64,000 nucleotides of DNA from Octopus sinensis (Eukaryota), in NCBI RefSeq assembly GCF_006345805.1, contig NC_042998.1, positions 7,006,001-7,070,000 of the forward strand. The letters run 5' to 3'. Made by a program: the position numbers and the translations under genes. Shown one piece after another: positions 12,823 to 24,146 of this stretch (position 1 is its first letter; each line of letters opens with the position of its first letter). The notes below the pieces were generated by a model. That model saw nothing but the letters and a program-made list of their open reading frames with translations. It did no database searches and was not told where the DNA came from.

Positions 12823-13654
12823 TAGTGAACCACAATCCATTTGTTGTTATTATATATATATATAATATATATATATATTTATAATAATTATAATAATAGT
12901 AATAATAATAATAATAATAATAATACCAGTAATTGTAGGATGGAATTTATGGCCAGCAAAATGAAATACAAGCTTTATTTGCATACCCCTAACATTACCA
13001 TAAGTGAATTTGATATATATATATATATATATCGCATAATACATCATAGAATAATAACCGAGAGGCATGTCATGTGAGCTTTTAATTCAGGAACACATTC
13101 ACTGATGTGTATTAGACATGAGTTACACATTTTTCAGAAATGCAGTAGCAGAGATGTCATTAAGAAACTTCAGGTAGAATTGCTGCAAGAAAACTTTTCA
13201 ATTAATACAAAAATAAACTAATGAATCACACTCACATTGTTATTTTTGAAAAGAAATGTATAACAACCAGAAGTCATTTTATATTGCCCTTCATCCAGGT
13301 TTTAATTCTAAAACTGTGCTAATAGATTATAGAAACTTTTTCAAATTAAAACCTTCTGTTTCTAGAATTTAATGCACTTTTGCCAAAGAGTGGTCTTGTG
13401 TTTCAGGGTTCAATCTGAGTTGCTATTCATTATTTGCAGTATTATTCAGTATCTACTTACTTTACATTAAAGCTGACAATTCAATTATTAAGCCATCATT
13501 TTGGGGTTCAGTTCATTACAGAAAATGAGATGAGCAAAAGCAGAGCAATTTTTGGAAACTCAATGGTTCCTTCAGTTACTCAAAATATTGCTAAATCATT
13601 CTTGGGTAAATGAAAAAATAACCAAAAGCTAGGCTTGCCCTGTGTATGTTTCTA

Positions 13655-14078
13655 ACTGTTTTATCTCGTGTGTAATTATGGGAATTGAGCACTACCTTGA
13701 AGGGTTTTAGTTGAACAAATCAACTCCGGGACTTATTTTATAAAGCCTAGTACTTATTCTATTAGTCTCATTTGGTGAACCATTAAGTTAAGGGGACATA
13801 AACACACCAACACCAGTTGTCAAGCAGTGATGGGAGGACAGAGACACAAAGACACACACACACACATACACACACACGCACACACACACACACACACATA
13901 TATACACACACGACAGGAGGTTTCTTTCAGTTTTCATCTACCAAATCCACTCACAAGGTTTTGGTTGGCCTGAGGCTATAGTAGAAGACACTTGCTCAAG
14001 GTATCATGCAGTGGGACTGAACCTGGAAGCATGCGGTTAGGAAGCAAGCTCTTTACCACACAGGTACACCTGCACCTG
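13655..14078 (-). mobile_element. SINE-A (diverged), head abutting the PLE 5' end
   Basis: Reverse complement starts caggtgcaggtgtacctgtgtggtaaagagcttgc..ggttcagtccc. Confidence 0.8.
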
Positions 14079-14079
14079 C

Positions 14080-16071
14080 GCTGACATTATCATCAAACCG
14101 GCTGACAAGGGTGGAGCTGTAGTGGTGTGGCGCGCGGACCTCTATAGGGCCGAGGCTTTCCGCCAACTCAATGACACCTCCTTCTATTCCCCTCTGCCCT
14201 CTAACCCCACACGTAGCTACCAACAGACGGTATCCTCTACCGTCCAAGACCTCATCTCGTCCTCCCGTCTCCCCCGCACCGCATCCAACCTAATTGTGCG
14301 AACCCCACGTACCCCCACCATTTACTTCCTCCCCAAAATCCACAAACCCAACAACCCTGGCCGCCCCATCGTCTCCGCCTGTAACTGCCCCACGGAGCTC
14401 ATCTCTAAATACCTTGACCGTGTCCTTGCCCCCCTAGTGGCATCTCTTCCCTCCCACATCCACGATACCAACCATGCTCTCCGGCTTTTCAACTCTTTCT
14501 CCTTTCCTCCCGGCTCCTCCAAAATCCTTTTTACTATGGACATCCAAAGCCTCTATACTGTTATCCCTCACCACGAAGGACTGCAGGCCCTTCGACACTT
14601 TCTTGACCTCCGCTCTAACCCTGTACCTGACACCTCCACACTCATTCGTCTGGCCGAACTTGTCCTTACTCTGAACTGCTTCTCGTTCGCGGGCGAGTTC
14701 TACCATCAGGTCTCGGGAGTGGCCATGGGAACGCAAATGGGCCCCAACTATGCGAACCTGTTCATTGGCTATGTTGAGGCCCAAATATTCTCTAATTTCA
14801 CTGGTCCCACTCCTGAACTATATGGTCGTTATATTGACGACATTATCGGTGCCACCTCACTCTCCCGCGAACATCTAGATTCCTTCCTCTCTTTCGTCCA
14901 ATCTTTCCATCCAGCCCTCCACTTCACTTCCACTATCTCCAACACCTCTGTCTCCTTCCTCGACATTTCGGTTAGCATTCTTCACTCCACTCTTACCACC
15001 TCCATTCACTACAAACACACAGACTCACACTCATACCTCAACTTCTCTTCCTCCCACCCAGAACACACCAAGCTTTCCATCCCCTATTCCCAATTCCTCC
15101 GTCTACGTAGGCTCTGTAGTGACGACCATGACTTTGAGACTCAGTCTCAACGTATGGCTCACCACTTCACCCTACGTGGATACCCCCTCACCACTATCCA
15201 CACCGCCCTTGCCAGAGCACGGTCCGTGGACCGTGTATCTGCTCTCTCTCCCCGAACCCGCCCTGTAGTCTCCCGCCTCCCTTTTCCCCTCACTTACCAC
15301 CCCACGACCCTACGTCTCCAACGCACCATTCTTCGAGCTTTCCGTCATCTCCAGTCCGACCCGTCCACTTCACACCTCTTCCCTAACCGACCCCTCCTCT
15401 CTTTCAAACGAGCCCACAACCTTCGAGACCTTTTGGTCCATAGCTCCTTCCCTGACCCTACCTCCCAACCCGGCTCGTTCCCCTGCTCCCGCCCACGTTG
15501 CCGCACTTGCCCTTACCTCTCCAACACCACCCGCCTCACTAGCACCCACCATCGACCCTATCCCATCATCCACTCCTTCACCTGCACCTCCAGCAATATT
15601 ATCTATTGCATCTCTTGCTCTCTCTGCAATTCCTTGTACATCGGACAAACGGGACGCCGCTTGGCTGACCGGTTCGCGGAACACCTTCGTGACATCCACC
15701 TTGCGAACGACACACCGGTCTCACGCCATTTCCGCTCCACCGGTCACTCCTTGCAACACCTATCTGTGTTCGGTTTGTCCTTACACAGAGGCCATCCGGA
15801 TTCCCGTTTGCGCCGTGAACAAGAATTAATCTTCTCTCTTCGCTCTTATACGCCATTTGGTCTCTTTCTCCCTCCCTCTTCCCCTTCCCTCTGCTCCCTC
15901 ACTCCCTCTCTCCCCCTCTCCCTCTTTCCTCCTTCATCCCCCTCCTCCCCTTCCTTCTCCCCCATCTTCTCCTCTTCCCCCTTCTCCTCCCCTCTTCTTC
16001 CCCTCCCCTTCTCTCCCCCCTCTTCTCCCCCTCTTCTCCCCTCCCCCTCTTCTCCTCACTACACCACATGA
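14080..16071 (+). CDS. Penelope-like element ORF (RT + Cys-rich linker + GIY-YIG endonuclease), 5'-truncated, Neptune-like
   Basis: The frame is open from ADIIIKPADKGGAVVVW (14080). RT motifs: LPKIHK..RPIVS, MDIQSLYT, QVSGVAMG, YIDD (14830-14841) and FLD. Thumb motif HP..K.SIPYSQF.R.RR.CS. Linker CSRPRCRTC. Endonuclease motifs NIIY..C..C..YIGQT.R.L..RF.EH, VSRHF..H and EQELIF..PFGL. No internal stop. The last ~68 aa are read-through into a CT tract. Confidence 0.95.
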   Translation, partial: ADIIIKPADKGGAVVVWRADLYRAEAFRQLNDTSFYSPLPSNPTRSYQQTVSSTVQDLISSSRLPRTASNLIVRTPRTPTIYFLPKIHKPNNPGRPIVSACNCPTELISKYLDRVLAPLVASLPSHIHDTNHALRLFNSFSFPPGSSKILFTMDIQSLYTVIPHHEGLQALRHFLDLRSNPVPDTSTLIRLAELVLTLNCFSFAGEFYHQVSGVAMGTQMGPNYANLFIGYVEAQIFSNFTGPTPELYGRYIDDIIGATSLSREHLDSFLSFVQSFHPALHFTSTISNTSVSFLDISVSILHSTLTTSIHYKHTDSHSYLNFSSSHPEHTKLSIPYSQFLRLRRLCSDDHDFETQSQRMAHHFTLRGYPLTTIHTALARARSVDRVSALSPRTRPVVSRLPFPLTYHPTTLRLQRTILRAFRHLQSDPSTSHLFPNRPLLSFKRAHNLRDLLVHSSFPDPTSQPGSFPCSRPRCRTCPYLSNTTRLTSTHHRPYPIIHSFTCTSSNIIYCISCSLCNSLYIGQTGRRLADRFAEHLRDIHLANDTPVSRHFRSTGHSLQHLSVFGLSLHRGHPDSRLRREQELIFSLRSYTPFGLFLPPSSPSLCSLTPSLPLSLFPPSSPSSPSFSPIFSSSPFSSPLLPLPFSPPSSPPLLPSPSSPHYTT

Positions 16072-16440
16072 CTTTACACATCACATCACATATGATGTGC
16101 CATACTAATACACACACCAACTAATACATACTAATACGTACTAATACATACTAGTACATACTAATACTTACACCAACCCTATACATACACACGTCCAGAC
16201 CCCGCATACGCACTTATACTCTCTCACACACACACACATACCTATACATACCAATACGTACTAATACATACTAATACATACTAATACATACACCAACCCC
16301 ATACATACGCACGTCCAGACCAATCTTACGCACTAATACTCTCTCATACACACACACACACACACACACCCTTATACATACTAATACATACACCAACCCT
16401 ATACATACACACATCCAGACCCCTCCCACGCACTTTTAGC
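15860..16440 (+). repeat. PLE 3' low-complexity region: CT tract then tandem ACTAAT/ACAT units
   Basis: Pure pyrimidine tract at ~15860-16056, then three copies of ctaatac(a/t)tacaccaaccc..catacacacgtccagacc. Confidence 0.85.
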
Positions 16441-16606
16441 TGGTCCCTCAACCCGTTTATCAACCCTATTATCTCCCCTTATTTCGCTCTCGCGTCTCAT
16501 GTTTGATCTTTGACCTCTGGCCGAAATCAGATCGCCATGTTGATTCGTTAGCTACTGCACGCATTTTTTTTCTCTCCTTCTTTCTGTGTTTTTCTCTCTC
16601 TGTGTA

Positions 16607-16644
16607 TCTTTCTGTTGAAGAGCGTAGGCTCGAAACGTTAAAGA
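16607..16644 (+). ncRNA. Minimal type-I hammerhead-like motif, family F1 (core CUGUUGA)
   Basis: TCTTT-CTGTTGA-A-GAGC-gtag-GCTC-GAA-ACGT-T-AAAGA gives stem I TCTTT/AAAGA, stem II GAGC/GCTC, palindromic stem III ACGT and triplet GUU. It carries an A6U variant. Confidence 0.65.
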
Positions 16645-16846
16645 CTTGTTTTATTTATATTTCCTGAGCGCCATACTAATACAATTGTTCGTTTGTTTTC
16701 CACCTGCCTTCGTCTTTTGTTTATTTTCATAAAGCTTCCCGTTATATATATATATATATATACCTATATAGATAGATAGATAGATAGATAGATAAATAGA
16801 TAGGTAGATAGATAGATATACATACACACACACATATATACATAAC

Positions 16847-16883
<37 letters not shown>

Positions 16884-17512
16884 TATATATTATTTATTTA
16901 CGTACATATACATATATATAATATACATATGTGTGTGTAAGTATACATATATGTATGTGTGTGTATATATATATATATACATATATATATATGTATATAT
17001 AGTGACAAGAAAGTAAAATTTAATGGACAAGTGTTCAGAAAGATTTATACAGTGGGAGTAGGCTTGCCCCACTTTTTATATCCTTATGAGAAAGTGCATG
17101 TGGCTCATAGAATATTGATCCTATGACTGAAAGTTACTAGTCCTTCAAGGTTGTCATCAAAATTTGCCTTATCCATATTCCCAATAAATATTTTCCACAG
17201 AATAGAGTTTGTATTCAGAGTGTTGTTTGTTTGTTTTTTAATGGGGAACTGGTTTTGGAACATTTTATGCTTATAGTTGAAGTTAAACTAATTAGTGAGT
17301 GAAAAAGAGATTGCCAGACCAGCAAATCTGGGTGTTTAATTTGCTCTAAAATCTCACATTTTAGCTTATTATTTTTTTAAAATGCTATGCTACCAAGAGA
17401 CTGCATAAAAATCTAGCTTCATTGAAAGTAATGTCATATTAGTACAGCCTTAAAAGGAACGATGGCTTGAGGAGAAATACAGAAACAAAGCTGCAAAAAG
17501 TACAACTATATA

Positions 17513-17677
17513 GGCGTAGGAGGAGCTGTGTGGTAAGTAGCTTGCTTATGAACTACATGGTTCCGGGTTCAGTCCCAGTGCATGGCACCTTGGGCAAGTG
17601 TCTTCTACTATAGCCTCGGGCCGACCAAAGCCTTGTGAGTGGATTTGGTAGACAGAAACTGAAAGAAGCCCGTCGTA

Positions 17678-17708
<31 letters not shown>

Positions 17709-18478
17709 GAGAAGACCAGGCAGGACAAGTGAGCCCAGCCCATTTATGAATGCCTTTCCTCCCTTGGACACAAAGACCTGTTCAGGCAAGCGAAGTCGAT
17801 ATAGAACCTCATCCGACGACAGGCACCCATGCCAACCCCCTTTGCTTGCGAAGACATGTTGGGGCAAGCGAAAGCGAAACCGAAATCGAATTGAACCAGC
17901 CAGGATCCCTGGTCTGGTGGTACGTAAAAAGCACTATCCAACTCGTGGCCGATGCCAGCGCCGCCTCGACTGGCTTCCGTGCCGGTGGCACATAAAATTC
18001 ACCAATCCGACCGTGGCCGTTGCCAGCCTCGCCTGGCACCTGTGCACGTGGCACGTAAAAAGCACCCACTACACTCATGGAGTGGTTGGCGTTAGGAAGG
18101 GCATCCAGCTGTAGAAACATTGCCAGATAAGACTGGAGCCTGGTGCAGCCTTCTGGCTTCCCAGATCCCCGGTCGAACCGTCCAACCCATGCTAGCATGG
18201 AGAACGGACGTTAAACAATGATGATGATATGTGTGTGTGTGTGTGCATATGTTTGTGTGTCTGTGTTTGTGTTTGTCCCCCCAACATCACTTGACAACCA
18301 ATGCTAGTGTGCTTACGTCCCCGGAACTTAGCGGTTCAGCAAAAGAGACCGATAGAACAAGTAATAGGCTTACAAAGAATAAGTCCTGGGGTCGATTTGC
18401 TCGACTAAAGGCGGTGCTCCAGCATGGCCACAGTCAACTGACTGAAACAAGTAAAAGAGTAGAAGAGTAAAAGAGTAT
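17513..18478 (+). mobile_element. SINE-A split by RTE insertion (17513-17708 and 18229-18478)
   Basis: Head and tail halves are collinear with intact copies on either side of the insertion. Confidence 0.8.
17709..18228 (+). mobile_element. RTE-type LINE 3' end inserted in a SINE-A internal microsatellite
   Basis: It starts gagaagaccaggcaggacaagtga (EKTRQDK*) and ends gacgttaaacaatgatgatgat. Confidence 0.8.
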
Positions 18479-18770
18479 ATCAGACAATTATAAAATTTTG
18501 ATAAGTGTTTGAGGTTGTTATGAAGAAGAAAAATCTCAGATCCTCTTTTATCTCTTGCCTTAGTCCTTGGGTTGCAATCATGCCTCGAAGGATTTTTAAT
18601 TGAGCATATTTGACCCCAGGACTTATTTTTTAAGCCTTCTATTGGGGTTTTTTTGCCACACTGTAAATTTACATGGATGTAAACAAACCAATCAGTTGTC
18701 AAGTGGTGGTGGTGACAGTGGTAGTGGAGACAAACACAGACACAAAGACATACACAGACATATATATATA

Positions 18771-19003
18771 AAAGCGGTGAGATGGCAGAAACGTTAGCAT
18801 GCCGGGCGAAATGCTTAGCGGTATTTCGCCTGTCGTTACGTTCTGAGTTCAAATTCCGCCGAGGTCGACTCTGCCTTTCATCCTTTTGGGGTCGATAAAT
18901 AAAGTACCAATTTCGCACTGGGGTCGATGTAATCGACTTAATCCCTTTGTCTGTCCTTGTTTGTCCCCTCTATGTTTAGCCCCTTGTGGGTAGTAAAGAA
19001 ATA
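18771..19003 (+). mobile_element. SINE-B full length
   Basis: ggcagaaacgttagc..gagttcaaattccgccgaggtcgac..tttagccccttgtgggtagtaaagaaata. Confidence 0.9.
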
Positions 19004-19343
19004 TATATATATATGACAGGTTTCTGCACAGTTTCCATCTGCCAAATCCACTCATAAAGCATTGACTTCTTATATTGTAGCCTCTGCTCACTTTCACTTT
19101 CAGTATAACATCTACTTTTTCTTGCTTCTGGATTATTCAGTTTCCTATTTTATGCAACAGTTTAGACAAAGTAGTCACCATATTTATTTATATTACTGTA
19201 ACTAAATCATTTGTTTGAGTATAGATTTAAAATATAAAAAGACTGAATATCATTACATTCCAATCATGTGTTCAAATCCTGTTGAAGATGGCATCACCTT
19301 TTATTTTACAACTTTTGTAGTTGATATAATGAGTACCAATTTT

Positions 19344-20095
19344 AAGGCGGTGCGCTGGCAGAATCGTTAGCATACTGGGCAAAATGCTTAGTCGTATTTC
19401 ATGCACCTTTATGTTCCAAGTTCAAATTCCACCGAGGTTGACTTTACCTTTCATCTTTGCCTTTCATGCTTTCAGGGTCAATGAATTATGTACCAGTCAA
19501 GTACTGGAATCGATGTGATCGACTTACCCCCTCCTTACAAATTTCAGTCCTTGAGCCTATAATAGAAAGGATTATTATTATCATCATCATCATCATCATC
19601 ATCATTATTATTATTATTGTTGTTGTTGTTGTTGTTATTAAGGTGGCGAACTGGCAGAGTCGTTAGCACACTGGACAAAATGGTTAGCAGCATTTCATCC
19701 ATCTTTATGTTCTGAGTTCAAATTCCACCAAGGTTGAATTTGCCTTTTGCCTTTTGACTTTGCTTTTCATCCTTTTGGAGTCAACAAATTAAGTACCAGT
19801 CAAGTACTGGGGTTGATGTGATTGACTTACTCCCTCCCCATAAATTTCAGGTCAAATTTCAAGGTATAACGAGTACCAATCAAGTACTGGGGCTGATATT
19901 GATTTCGAATATTGGTACAAGGCCAGAAACTTCAGGGGAGGGACTCAGTCAGTTAGATCACCCTCAGTGCTCATATGGCACTTATTTTATCGACCCCGAA
20001 AGGATGGAAAGTAAAGTTGATCCCAGTGGAATTTGAACTCAGAACATAAGGACAGACAAAATGCCACTCAGCATTTTGCCTGTCATGCTCACCTC
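19344..20095. mobile_element. Three SINE-B copies (19344-19570 +, 19639-19860 +, 19960-20095 -)
   Basis: Same diagnostics as the other SINE-B copies. Confidence 0.75.
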
Positions 20096-20121
20096 CTTTA
20101 CTTGGGCAGATATAATCAATT

Positions 20122-20359
20122 TAAGGAGGCGAAATGGCAGAAACGTTAGCACGCCGGGTGAAATGCTTATCAGTAATTTGTCTGCCGTCATGTTCTGAGT
20201 TCAAATTCCACCAATGTCAACTTTGCCTTTCATCCTTTCAGGGGTCGATAAATTAAGTACCAGTTATGCACTGGGGTCGATGTAATCGACTTCATCCCTT
20301 TGTCTGTCCTTGTTTGTCCCCTCCATGTTTAGCCCCTTGTGGGCAATAAATAAATAAGT
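20122..20359 (+). mobile_element. SINE-B with 11-bp target-site duplication
   Basis: TATAATCAATT at 20111-20121 and 20360-20370. Confidence 0.9.
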
Positions 20360-21756
20360 TATAATCAATTGAACCTTCCTCCCATGGTATTTAGGTTTGT
20401 GCATCATCAAACTCACCATGACCACCCCTGCTACCACCATTCATCCCTACCACCACCACCACAACCACCACCACCACCACCTTCATTATCACTACTGTCA
20501 TGGTTTTATGTCCATGTTTCCATACTGACTCAAGCTGAGACAGTATGAGTTGCTCTCTCTTCTTGATACCAACTTTTGCAGCCACCTCTTATCACACACA
20601 CACACACACACACACACGCACATGTACACACATGGTGAACCTATTGTAAAACTAGGTTCCACATGGTATGGATTGTTTATCTTCGTTTTCATGTTGGAAA
20701 TCGTTATTCATCTCACTTAAGCACATTAATTTATTGAAAAGATTTAAAATGATATTGCATAATTCTTATATAATTTTTAGGATCAGTAATTGAAAACTGG
20801 GGCATGAATTCGACTCATCAGGTGTTTATCTGTACAATACTTGCAATCAATAAGCACTTTAATTAATCATTGTTAAACACGTTCGGTTCAATAATAATGT
20901 CATTAATTTTACCCAGAATGCTCTCTTAGTAATACTGCTCACCATTGTATGTGTTATTTTTATATACATCAGTATTATTGTGAGTGTATCTATTGTGACC
21001 AACAACTACTCTTAAATCTTTACTCTTTTATCACCTGTATTACCTGTATTATTATTATAGGTGCAGGTATGGCTGTATGGTAAGAAGTTTGCTTCCCAAC
21101 CATATGGTTCTAGGTTCAGTCTCACTGTGTCACACCTTTGGCAAGTATCTTCTGCTACAGCCCCCAAATTGACCAAAGCCTTCTGAGTGGATTTGATAAA
21201 TGGAAACTGAAAGAAGCTTGTCATATGTGCCTCTGTGTGTGTGTGTGTGAGTGTGGTGTGTGTGGTGTGTGTTTATGATAGCTGTAAATGATTGTCACTG
21301 TCATACAAGCAGTGTCTGTTATTTCCTTGTCTGGCTATGGCGAAACATTACCTTGCTGAGAAATAGGTGAGGGTTGGCAATAGGAAGGACATCCAGCCAT
21401 AGAAAACCTGCCTCAGTAAATCCTGTCCAATCCATGCAAGCACAGAAACGTGGATGTTAAAATCATGATGAGGATTAACACTATTATCAAAAAATTTTCT
21501 CTTTACTCTTTTCCCCAATGACTTCTTATACAAACATATATATATATATATATTATATATATATATATTATATATATATATATATACATATATATATAGT
21601 GAGAAGTTGAGGTTATAAGAGATAATGGTGTCATTGAGACCTAAAGGTGTCAGGTAATGCTGAATAAGTGCTATAGACAGACCATAGTTAAGTTCCAGAT
21701 TTGGTAATATTGCGAATAAAGGGTTCAACGTTGGTTCTATGTCAGCGTGTGTATAT

Positions 21757-21878
21757 AAGAATTTTTTGCATAATAAGATAAGAGACCAAGGCTGTATAGA
21801 GCTATAAGACCTTCTATCTATAAATGCTCTGATATCTATACAGCCTTGGTCTTTTATTTTATTACACAAAAAATTCTT
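21757..21878. repeat. Inverted repeat (44-bp arms, 34-nt spacer) within a TA-flanked block 21597-21880
   Basis: aagaattttttgcataataagataagagaccaaggctgtataga versus tctatacagccttggtcttttattttattacacaaaaaattctt. Confidence 0.85.
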
Positions 21879-21908
21879 TTATATATATATATACATATAT
21901 ATATTACA

Positions 21909-22247
21909 GAGATGTACTCGCATAGCAAGTAATTTGATCTGAGATCGTGTGCTGAAACGAAAACAATTGCAGCGTGGAAGGTGTTTATAAGCCATTTAAG
22001 AAACACACAAAAGCCGTTCGATTCACTTCAACATTTAAGTTTAATTTGTCAAAATATTTTCGTCGCTAAAATCTGCGACCTGTTCACTGACAAAGTCCGT
22101 GCTGAGATGCAGCACGGACTTTGTCAGTGAACAGGTCACGGTCTATAGCGACGAAAATTATTTTGACAAATTAAACTTAAATGTTGAAGTGAATCGAACA
22201 GCTTTTGTGTGTTTCTTAAATGGCTTATAAACACCTTCCACACTGCA

Positions 22248-22252
<5 letters not shown>
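21909..22252. mobile_element. Palindromic element (family F3): ~142-bp arms, 5-nt spacer, unique extension, hammerhead fold in each arm
   Basis: Arms lie at 21963-22104 and 22110-22252, with the extension at 21909-21962 and (TA)n flanks. A second copy in opposite orientation is at 56971-57311. Confidence 0.9.
22045..22094 (-). ncRNA. Minimal hammerhead with G3-C8 swapped core (F3, intact arm)
   Basis: Reverse complement: TTTGTCA-GTGAACA-G-GTCGC-agatttta-GCGAC-GAA-AATATT-T-TGACAAA, giving a 7-bp stem I, a 5-bp stem II and palindromic stem III AATATT. Confidence 0.7.
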
Positions 22253-22323
<71 letters not shown>

Positions 22324-22988
22324 GTATATATATATGTATATATGTATGTATATATGTATATATATATATGTTTATATATATATGTATATATATTGTATAT
22401 TTGCTGAGTTATTCTTGCTAAGAATGTATTTTCTTATATAACTATGACTCACTCCAACTTTTTATTTTGTCACCAGAGTCAAATACAAAAACAAAAGCAA
22501 AATCAGAAGCAACATTTTCCAGTTTTCCTCAATATAAAAAGGCCTTAATATTCAGAAACTGTAGTGCAAGGCAACATAAATTATCATTTACAGTAGAAAT
22601 AATAATATCGTTAAATTCTCAATGAGTGTGTGTGTGTGTGTGTATGTTTGTGAATAAGAAAGAGAGTGGGAAAAAGGAGAGATAATGTGTGAGACAGGCA
22701 ATGAGGAAGAGAGAGAGAGAGAGCGAGAGAGCGAGAGATAGTGACAGAGTAACAGGCAGATAAACACATAAATACAGCTAAACCACTATGTACTTCTTGC
22801 TGGTTTAGGAAAGACACAAGTGTCTTGCTGGCTTGTCTTTGTAATAAAAATGTGATGAGTGAGTATCTCAAGCAGAAACTATTGGTGTCCGTGTAAAACT
22901 TTCAATTATTTTAATGCTGTAACATTCGTCCTGGTTTCAGAGAGAAGTAATTACTTTCAAAAAGGATGAATTCTTATCAGAAGCATCT

Positions 22989-23025
<37 letters not shown>

Positions 23026-23709
23026 CATATACTAATGGTAGCTGTGTTATTTGAAAGGAAGAAAGCAACTAGTTGGCTGACAGCCAAGCAGGCATCTTTG
23101 GGGGATGAACACTTTATAATGATTCTTATCTAGGAGTTTACAAATGGATGATAAAGAGTTAGAAAGAGAAATAAATCTGTGGAAATAAAAAGAAAATAAA
23201 GAAAGAAAATCTGCAGGATACTGTCAAAAATATCAAGAAATATCCTGCCTTCACCATCATTATCATAGTGATCATCATTGTTATTTTACTGCTTTGATGC
23301 CAGTATAGATTAGGTGAGTTTTGTTGATAGGCTGCAACTACTAATCCTGTTTTTTTTTTTTTCCACCAAATTACTGTTGTTCCCAATTCCTGAAGATCAA
23401 TAATAATTTTTGTTCAATATTTTTCAGTCTGTCGTTGACCTAATTAGATCTTAACTTTTGGCAGTTGTTTGTCTTATTTGCTACTCTTTACTCTGCTATT
23501 GTGAACTAGACTAGATGCACTCAAGTCGTACATGTTTTTATGACACATTCACAATGGCCTGGCTACAGAGTTTGCCTCTCAGCCAGTCATTTCAGGTCCA
23601 GCTTCACTGAGTGGAAGCTTGGGCAAAATTGTCTTCTTCTATAATCCCAGGCTGGCCCAAACTTGTGAGTGGATTTGATAGATGGGAACATAGAAATGGA
23701 ATGAAGCTC

Positions 23710-24133
23710 AGCATGTAAAAAGCATCATTCGAATGTGGCTGATGTCAATGTCACCTGACTGGCACCCATGGTGGTGGCACATAAAAATCACCATTTGAGC
23801 ATGACCGATGCCAGTACCTATTTCTTTTACTACCCACAAGGGGCTAAACATGCCAGTACCGCCTGACTGGCACCCATGCTGGTGACATGTAAAAAGCACC
23901 ATTCAAGCGTGGCCAAAGCCAGTAGTGCCTGACTGGCTACTGTTCCAGTGGCACATAAAAGCACCCACTACACTCTTGAAGTGGCTGGTGTTAGGAAGAG
24001 CATCCAGTTGTAGAAACCTGGCCAAATCAGATTGGAGCCTGGTACAGCCTTCTGGCTTGCCAGTTCTCAGTCAGACCGTCCAACCCATGCCAGCATGGAA
24101 TGCAGACGTTAAATGATGATGATGGTGATGATG
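23710..24133 (+). mobile_element. RTE-tail fragment with three internal repeat units
   Basis: Repeated aaaagca(t/c)cattc..gactggcacccatg units and a GAT tail. Confidence 0.75.
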
Positions 24134-24146
24134 AAACATATATATA

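Larger units (their letters stand above)
14080..16742 (+). mobile_element. Penelope-like retroelement copy: ORF, low-complexity 3' region, terminal repeat with hammerhead, ending in (TA)n
   Basis: The ORF is followed by CT and ACTAAT/ACAT tracts, then a T-rich terminal segment (16540-16742) homologous to the solo copy at 865-1050, then (TA)n. No upstream terminal repeat is present. Confidence 0.85.

Noticed and set aside
15857-16120. Pro-rich and Gly/Arg-rich ORFs on both strands
   Set aside because: They are translations of the PLE 3' CT tract.
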